From the NCBI GenBank assembly GCA_963842525.1, contig CAWJGT010000001.1, positions 512,001-576,000 on the forward strand: a stretch of 64,000 bases of DNA. The letters run 5' to 3'. The translations under genes were made by a program, and so were the position numbers. The notes under the pieces are model-generated. The model did not search any database. It had not been told where the DNA came from and saw only the letters and a list, made by a program, of their open reading frames with translations. Of the stretch, positions 58,218-64,000 are shown one piece after another. Each line of letters starts with the position of its first letter. Within the stretch, counting starts at the first letter, position 1. Source of the DNA: an uncultured Holophagales bacterium (GTDB taxonomy: Bacteria > Acidobacteriota > Thermoanaerobaculia > Multivoradales > UBA5704).

Positions 58218-60977
58218 ATGCGAGAGGAAATTATGACCAGAAAGGGTTCCGAGCCTCTTAGGACTCCGGGCGACAGCGTAGCTGAAGACGTTCATGCCAA
58301 AGGTTGGGATTTCGAACAACTCCTCGGCCAGCTAGAGGAAGAATATAGGAAGTCAGGTATACAGGACTTCTGGCACCGAGAGAGAGACGCTATCCGCTCT
58401 GCTCTTCAGAGCGTAGCTAGCACGCTCCCGAGAGCTCGTTACTCGCCCGATAAGGTGCTCGGCGTTGGAGGCTCGGGCGTGGTCATACGGTTGAAGGATT
58501 CGCTATTTCCGAGAGTAGACAACGCGCTCAAATTTCCTCGCCCAGTTGCTGGCAAGGTGGAACTCGTGGCAGAGTTGCTAGGAAGAGAGATTCAATATTT
58601 GGCGCAGCTCCGCCATCCTGGTATTGTAAAAATTCTGTACTATAGGTACGCCAAAGACATACCGGGCTATGGAACACTTCCGTTTTACTTAATGGAGGCG
58701 GTAGACGGCGTATCGTCCGGTAGGTTCGTTCGCAAGGAACTAACGCAGCAGCAGCAGCTCGTGGATCTAGTGCACAACACCGCTGCCATATTACAATATC
58801 TTCATACACTTCCAATCGGAGCCTTCGCCCACTTAGACCTCAAGCCCGATAATTTTATGGTTGACCACACAGGCCAACCTATTATGATTGATCTCGGCAC
58901 CTGCAAGCGCATTAGTCCAGAGGTCGATAATACTACCGTTGCATGCACGCGCTCATTCGCTCATCCTCAACTGATTCGCCAACTGACGGAAGATCCTTCT
59001 GACGAGAATCGCGCAAGGGGGGAAGTTCTACGCTCGGCTATCAGATTAAATTGGGATCTCTGGTCTTTTGGGTTAATGCTTATATCGTGGCTTGGATTTG
59101 ATCATAACACCGGGCATCTTGAGGTGCCCAGAATTCTTGATCTTTTAGATCCATATACCAGAAAGTATCTGCTACTCCTCTCTGCTCGCCTGCTTGCCGA
59201 GAATCCACCCACGTGGTTGCTGAAGAGAGTCGGCCTTAGTCATGAGTTCCTTAAGACGGTCCCCATTACTACCGCCTCGGAACTTAAGGAAGCGTTAGAC
59301 AGACTTGATGGCTCACAAGGTCCACTTGCTAGAGTCCAGGAGTTTCAGGTTCGAGGAAGTGGCACTATTCAGGCTGCACCTGGTACACATGTACCGGTTA
59401 CGAAGGCTTTGTCAGCGGTCCTTGAGCATAGACTTTTTAGAAGGCTAAACACGATCAGTCAACTGGGGTTAGTTTCGCAGGTGTACCCTGGCGCAAAGCA
59501 TACTCGAAGAGAGCACAGTTTGGGCACCTATGCAAATACCCTTAAGATGGTTCGGGTACTGTATAACGATCCTGTATCGCCGCTGTTCCGTCAAATTATT
59601 ACGGATGACGACTGCCGAGATTTGCTCCTAATTTCGCTACTTCATGATATAGGACACTTCCCTCTAGCCCACGACTTGGAGGATGTAGACAACAAACTAT
59701 TTAACCATGTTGAACTTACTCAGGCAATGCTCAAGGGCCTGTGGGAGAAGAAGAAAAGAGGCAGTACAAAGGTTAGCTTTGATTCACTCGAAGCCGTCTT
59801 CACTCTGTGGGGTACCACAAGCGATCGCCTAATGTCAATTTTGGCCGCAAAACCAACGAGCAATGACTCTAGCCCGAAACGCAAGTTGCTTCGCTCAATA
59901 ATAAGTGGACCCATTGATGCGGATAAGCTAGATTATTTGTTTCGAGATGCTCGACATCTCGACCTGCCATACCCAAACGGCGTCGATGTAGATCGCTTAT
60001 TCAAGTGCCTCACAACAGTCGTCGTGGACAGAATCGAAGGAGGCTACAAAGACATACCAGTTGTTGGGGTGCATGCAAAGGGGAAGGTATCTGCCGAGTT
60101 CCTTAGCATGGCGAGGTACGCCATGTTTTCTCAAGCATATTGGCATCATGCGGTGCGTGCGCAAAAGTCGATGCTCCTGCGGGCAGTTGAAGCCTTGCTA
60201 GGTGAGGAGAGCGAGTCAAAGATTAGAGAACTGCAATCAGCTTTTGTGTCGATGGTGTGTTCTCTCCCAGAGAGTCTATATGATTCAAGAGAAGTTAGGA
60301 GCTTGTTTGAAGATGATCCTCAAGCGGCTGACCGGTTAACTTCACCTCTTGGAGGGCACGGAACAGATCTTGCCGCCACTGATGCCGCCGTTCTTTCGTG
60401 GCTTTACAAGCGCCTGACTGATGCTAACCGTCCAGAGTCTTTGCTGATAGAGGGAATCCTCAGGCGCAACCTGTTCAAGCGACTTTGGGTGGTAAGCAGA
60501 GATATGGAGAGTCAGCGGTGGGACAAGATCGTCCGGATTTGGGAGAAGCTGGATAGGATCCAACGGCACAAGGTAGCTCACGAGTTTGAAAAAAAGGTCG
60601 CCGGCCGAATTGCAACAGAGGGATTGCAGAGCATAACTTCGATGGCTGCGGAAAGCGCAGAGGACAAGGTCGATCGCTTAACACGGGGGCAGAGCCCCTG
60701 GTTGCTAATCGATATACCAGGCGACCGACCTGGCTCTGAGATTGGACTTTATCATGTACTTGAGAGCCAACGTCGTAAGCTGCGGAAGGATGATCGGGCT
60801 GTCGGCGAGCTGGAGAAATCAATAGTCTGGGAAGAGTACGCTCGCAACCTTCTAAGGGTTGCAGGCAAGGTTAGGATCTTTTGCGCTCCTGATTTGGTTG
60901 ACAGCATAGAAGCTTCGGTTCCTTGGGAAAAAGGAATCGAAGATCTTACCACCGTCCTTGAGCGTGCCGAGGTTTGA
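58218..60977 (+). CDS. Ser/Thr kinase - HD phosphohydrolase (SAMHD1/dNTPase-like) fusion
   Basis: LGVGGSGVV, ALK, HLDLKPDN, IDLG; then FRRLNTISQLG...YPGAKHTRREHSLG, LLHDIGHFPLAH, IDADKLDYLFRD, AYWHH. Confidence 0.88.
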   Translation: MREEIMTRKGSEPLRTPGDSVAEDVHAKGWDFEQLLGQLEEEYRKSGIQDFWHRERDAIRSALQSVASTLPRARYSPDKVLGVGGSGVVIRLKDSLFPRVDNALKFPRPVAGKVELVAELLGREIQYLAQLRHPGIVKILYYRYAKDIPGYGTLPFYLMEAVDGVSSGRFVRKELTQQQQLVDLVHNTAAILQYLHTLPIGAFAHLDLKPDNFMVDHTGQPIMIDLGTCKRISPEVDNTTVACTRSFAHPQLIRQLTEDPSDENRARGEVLRSAIRLNWDLWSFGLMLISWLGFDHNTGHLEVPRILDLLDPYTRKYLLLLSARLLAENPPTWLLKRVGLSHEFLKTVPITTASELKEALDRLDGSQGPLARVQEFQVRGSGTIQAAPGTHVPVTKALSAVLEHRLFRRLNTISQLGLVSQVYPGAKHTRREHSLGTYANTLKMVRVLYNDPVSPLFRQIITDDDCRDLLLISLLHDIGHFPLAHDLEDVDNKLFNHVELTQAMLKGLWEKKKRGSTKVSFDSLEAVFTLWGTTSDRLMSILAAKPTSNDSSPKRKLLRSIISGPIDADKLDYLFRDARHLDLPYPNGVDVDRLFKCLTTVVVDRIEGGYKDIPVVGVHAKGKVSAEFLSMARYAMFSQAYWHHAVRAQKSMLLRAVEALLGEESESKIRELQSAFVSMVCSLPESLYDSREVRSLFEDDPQAADRLTSPLGGHGTDLAATDAAVLSWLYKRLTDANRPESLLIEGILRRNLFKRLWVVSRDMESQRWDKIVRIWEKLDRIQRHKVAHEFEKKVAGRIATEGLQSITSMAAESAEDKVDRLTRGQSPWLLIDIPGDRPGSEIGLYHVLESQRRKLRKDDRAVGELEKSIVWEEYARNLLRVAGKVRIFCAPDLVDSIEASVPWEKGIEDLTTVLERAEV

Positions 60978-61131
60978 AAGAAATGGAATCAGGGCCAACC
61001 TACGGCTCCTGGGCAGATCAATTAAAGAGGTCGATCTATAGGGTGAAGGATGTCGTTTTCACCTGTCCTCCTCCTTTTCACAATCGCTGGCGATCCAAAG
61101 AGACTGGCCTCAAACACGTTTTCGGACGCCC

Positions 61132-61497
61132 TTACTCATAGTCCCCTGGCAGCGTCGGCCTAGGAGGGGTGGTAGCGCCTTCCAGGCGCCGGGTGAGCGC
61201 TTCGTTGGTTCGGGTCAGGGCTTCGAGCTTGGCCTGCATCTGGGCTTCCAGGGCGGCTAGCTCGGCTTTGTGGCGGCGTTCACGCTCTTCGGCTAGGGCC
61301 TGGAGGGCCTCTCTTTCGCGTTGGTAGGCCTCCTGGCGTAGTGCGTGGCCCTCCTCGAGGATCCGCACGTCGAGCTGGAGTTGCTCCTGGCGCTTGTCCT
61401 GGCGGCGCTGGAGCCAGCGGCGGAGGAGCTCCAGGAAGGCGGCGCTGCCTCCGAGGGCGGCCAGGCCGGTGACGATGCGATCGACGAGCTCGCTCAT
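61132..61497 (-). CDS. Small phage membrane/coiled-coil protein (holin-like)
   Basis: One N-terminal TM followed by basic residues and a coiled coil; last gene of a minus-strand late operon. Confidence 0.55.
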   Translation of the reverse strand: MSELVDRIVTGLAALGGSAAFLELLRRWLQRRQDKRQEQLQLDVRILEEGHALRQEAYQREREALQALAEERERRHKAELAALEAQMQAKLEALTRTNEALTRRLEGATTPPRPTLPGDYE

Positions 61498-61537
61498 GAG
61501 GGAGGGCCTCGTGATTTTCAGGCGGTAGCCGGAGGTG

Positions 61538-61564
61538 AGGGCAACCACAAGGGTTGCCCCTACA
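61538..61564. repeat. GTAG-type REP palindrome
   Basis: Minus strand GTAGGGGCAACCCTTGTGGTTGCCCT. Confidence 0.6.
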
Positions 61565-61586
61565 TGGGATTGCGTCGGGTTGGACA

Positions 61587-63068
61587 TCAGGACCTCCTAC
61601 AGAGGAGATAGGCGTCCGCCTGGGCGGGGGTGCCGTTGGTTGGGTGGTCGAGGGAGACCAGCTCGATTCGCTGGCCGGGGTGCAGGGCTGTGACCTCGTG
61701 GATGCGGCCCTGCTGGAGGAGGTCGGCGGCGTCGTAGGGCCAGGCGGGGCGGTGGTCGTCGATAGCGTTCGAGGTGTAGAGGGTGGCGCCGTTCAGGAGG
61801 AGGTCGACCTGGGTCTGGCCGGAGTCCCCTCCCCCATTGTCGGAGAGGCGGTAGAGGACGTCTTCGAGGATGAGGCCGTCGTGGAGGATCACGGCGTCAG
61901 CGATCGGGCCGGGGGTGGGTGGGAGGGGGCCTCGGAGGTGGAGGACGACGGTTTCCGCGGCGTAGGTGCGGCGGTCTTGAAGGTCGATGACCTCGTCGGC
62001 GTCGGTGGTGGCGATCCAGAGGGGGCCGAGGCTGGTGGTCTCGGGGGGTGGGGCGGTGGGGGCGGCGAGCTCCCAGGCGCCGTTCGCACGTTGGTAAAGG
62101 CACGTGGTGGTGGTGGGCGGGAGGAGGAGGTCGGTCACAGTCGAGTGATAGCGGAGGGTGCCCCCGGCTATGGCTCGGCCGGGGTGGAGGCGGAGATGGA
62201 GGCCGGTGCCGGGCTCGACTCGGTAGCGGTCGAAGAGGCGGAGGTCGGTGAGGTGGGTGGAGTCGATCTCGGAGACGGCCGAGGGCTGGTAAAGGACTTC
62301 AAGGACGGCAAGGACCGGCTCCCAGGAGGGCGCCGAAGGACGGACAGGGACGGGAGCTTGCAGGCTCTTGGTGATGGTGAGGCCGTTGGGGCCGATGGAG
62401 AGAACGGCGAGATAGGAGGTGCCGGGGGCCAGGGGGGTGGCGGTGGCGTCTTCTTGGGAGAGGGCGAGGGTGGTGGCGACGTGGCCGATGAGGTCACCTC
62501 GGTAGAGGAGGTGGCCGGCGGCGATGTGGACCTGGTCGTCGGACGGGACGGAGGGGGTGACCTGGAAGCCCTTCAGGAGGGTGCTGTGGCCTCGATCTCC
62601 CAGGCCGGTGAGGATGCCTTCTCGGGTGCCGGGCGGGACAGGTAGGGAGTGATCGGCGGCCAGGACGGCGAGACGGAATTGCCAGGTCAGCGAGGCGGCC
62701 GTGGCGGGCGGGCGGAGCTTGAAGTCTCCGTAGCGGATGCCTCCGGAGAGAAGGGTCCGGATGGGCAAGGAGCGCCAGGCTCCTACGGGAATCCAATCGG
62801 TGATCTCGAGGAACTGGCCAGGGGCGTTGCTTGCGTCCTGGCCGGCTAGGCGGAGGCGGCCCCAGAGCTCGTCGGTGGGGGGCACTCCTGAAGAGGCCCA
62901 CTGGCCGGTGGTGGGGCCGAGGACTTGAAGGACGACAAGGACATCAAAGACATCAGGACCGGTGTTCTGGAGGGCGAAGGGGATGATGGCGCTGTCCTGG
63001 CCGGCTTCGAAGGGGTCGATGGTGACATCGTGCATGGGGGTGAGGTCGGGATTGAGGATCTGGATCAT
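61587..63068 (-). CDS. Putative phage tail/baseplate-associated structural protein
   Basis: 493 aa, beta-rich, Pro/Thr-rich; GFQVTPS...VHIAAGH pattern of tail-fibre-type N-domains; late-operon position. Confidence 0.55.
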   Translation of the reverse strand: MIQILNPDLTPMHDVTIDPFEAGQDSAIIPFALQNTGPDVFDVLVVLQVLGPTTGQWASSGVPPTDELWGRLRLAGQDASNAPGQFLEITDWIPVGAWRSLPIRTLLSGGIRYGDFKLRPPATAASLTWQFRLAVLAADHSLPVPPGTREGILTGLGDRGHSTLLKGFQVTPSVPSDDQVHIAAGHLLYRGDLIGHVATTLALSQEDATATPLAPGTSYLAVLSIGPNGLTITKSLQAPVPVRPSAPSWEPVLAVLEVLYQPSAVSEIDSTHLTDLRLFDRYRVEPGTGLHLRLHPGRAIAGGTLRYHSTVTDLLLPPTTTTCLYQRANGAWELAAPTAPPPETTSLGPLWIATTDADEVIDLQDRRTYAAETVVLHLRGPLPPTPGPIADAVILHDGLILEDVLYRLSDNGGGDSGQTQVDLLLNGATLYTSNAIDDHRPAWPYDAADLLQQGRIHEVTALHPGQRIELVSLDHPTNGTPAQADAYLLCRRS

Positions 63069-63074
63069 CTCGGG

Positions 63075-64000
63075 CTACTCCAGGAAGAAAAGGAGATTGG
63101 GAAAAGCGTCGTGGATGGGGTGGCGCGCCACGGAGACGCGGGCGGTGGGCTCGCCGGCGGTGGCGGTGCTGGGGGCCTCGATGATGACGGGGAGGTCTCC
63201 TTCGGGCGGAGTGCCATAGAGGAGGGCGGTGATGCCGTCCGTGGAGACGGCGGCGTTGATGGCTTGGCCGAAGCCTTGGGCCAGGGCCCAGGCGCCGGTG
63301 GTGGGCCAGCGCGGGTCTGTGTCGGCTCCGAGAGTCGGGGGTAGAGATCGCAGGGTGTTGGACGGGACGGCCAGGCCGAGGGAGGTGCCGTCCGCGGCGG
63401 CGAAGCCTTGGACGAGACCGAGACCGGCTCCGTCCTGGGACTCGGCTCCGGTGAGATCGAAGGCGAAACGGGCTCCGGCGGCGTCGGTGACTTCGAAGTT
63501 GAGGTTGTCGTACCAGGTGGTCGCGAAGTGGAGGCTTGTCGGGGTCGCGGCGACGGTGGCCGCGGAGAAGAGGTCCCAGCTTGCGACGAGGGCCGAAAAG
63601 ACGACGGTGGCGACGGTCTGCGGGTTGGACAGGTCGCAGGCGGCGGTGCGAAGGGTGAGGGTGGCCTGATTGGTGTTGGGCTCGTCTTCGTGGTCGGGAA
63701 ACTCGACCCACCAGAGCTGGCCCTGATGGTAGACGGGGGGCGAGCACCAGGCGGCGACGGTGCCCTGGTAGGTGTGGAGCTGGGCGGCGGCTACATCCCA
63801 GACGGTCAGCTCGTTGTCGCCGCTGCGCCAAGCGAGGGAGCCGGGGCCGACGGCGGCGTTGGGATCGATGGCGATGAGGGTGCCGTTTCCGCCGGATAGG
63901 GACTCTCCGGAGAGTGGGATAGAGCCTCGGTCAGCTAGAAAGGTGCCGTCGCTAGCATAGAGGGCGGCGACCAGGTGGCCGGTGTCGAGGAAGGCGTAGT
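63075..64000 (-). CDS. Partial putative phage structural protein (5' end outside the window)
   Basis: Open frame of 308 codons from 63998 (YAFLDTGHLV...) to TAG at 63075. Confidence 0.6.
   Translation of the reverse strand, partial: YAFLDTGHLVAALYASDGTFLADRGSIPLSGESLSGGNGTLIAIDPNAAVGPGSLAWRSGDNELTVWDVAAAQLHTYQGTVAAWCSPPVYHQGQLWWVEFPDHEDEPNTNQATLTLRTAACDLSNPQTVATVVFSALVASWDLFSAATVAATPTSLHFATTWYDNLNFEVTDAAGARFAFDLTGAESQDGAGLGLVQGFAAADGTSLGLAVPSNTLRSLPPTLGADTDPRWPTTGAWALAQGFGQAINAAVSTDGITALLYGTPPEGDLPVIIEAPSTATAGEPTARVSVARHPIHDAFPNLLFFLE

Overview
High-GC bacterial chromosome segment. The 16S sequence and gene style suggest Acidobacteriota, probably Thermoanaerobaculia; this is inferred, not searched. 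Bases 1-39.9 kb are core genome: a cold-shock gene, truA-uppS-cdsA-rseP, pntAB/pntB, an orphan lanC leading into purM-purN, two nearly identical tandem rRNA operons (only the second has tRNA-Ile/Ala in its spacer), a kinase-TPR gene, a DUF2330/RnfD-like pair, comF, a tlpA-like gene and hflX. From tRNA-Ala(GGC) at 39.9 kb to the window end lies an integrated prophage. It contains a large serine integrase whose C-terminus is encoded by the tRNA antisense strand, two apparently catalytically dead recombinase-like genes, a lambdoid replication block (initiator with iterons, DnaC-like loader, DnaB), a regulatory region, AT-richer cargo and the start of a tail region. The most striking feature is a four-gene module present twice in the immunity region: divergent HTH pair, TPR protein, and small secreted peptide ending in C-x-D-P-x-G-x(1-3)-C. 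It looks like an arbitrium/RRNPP-type peptide communication system in a diderm host. The cargo also encodes two candidate anti-phage systems: UvrD plus a nitrilase-STAND-TPR protein, and a Ser/Thr kinase fused to a SAMHD1-like HD domain. Clusters of a GCACCTATC motif border this cargo. Several single-base frameshifts are probably sequencing errors.
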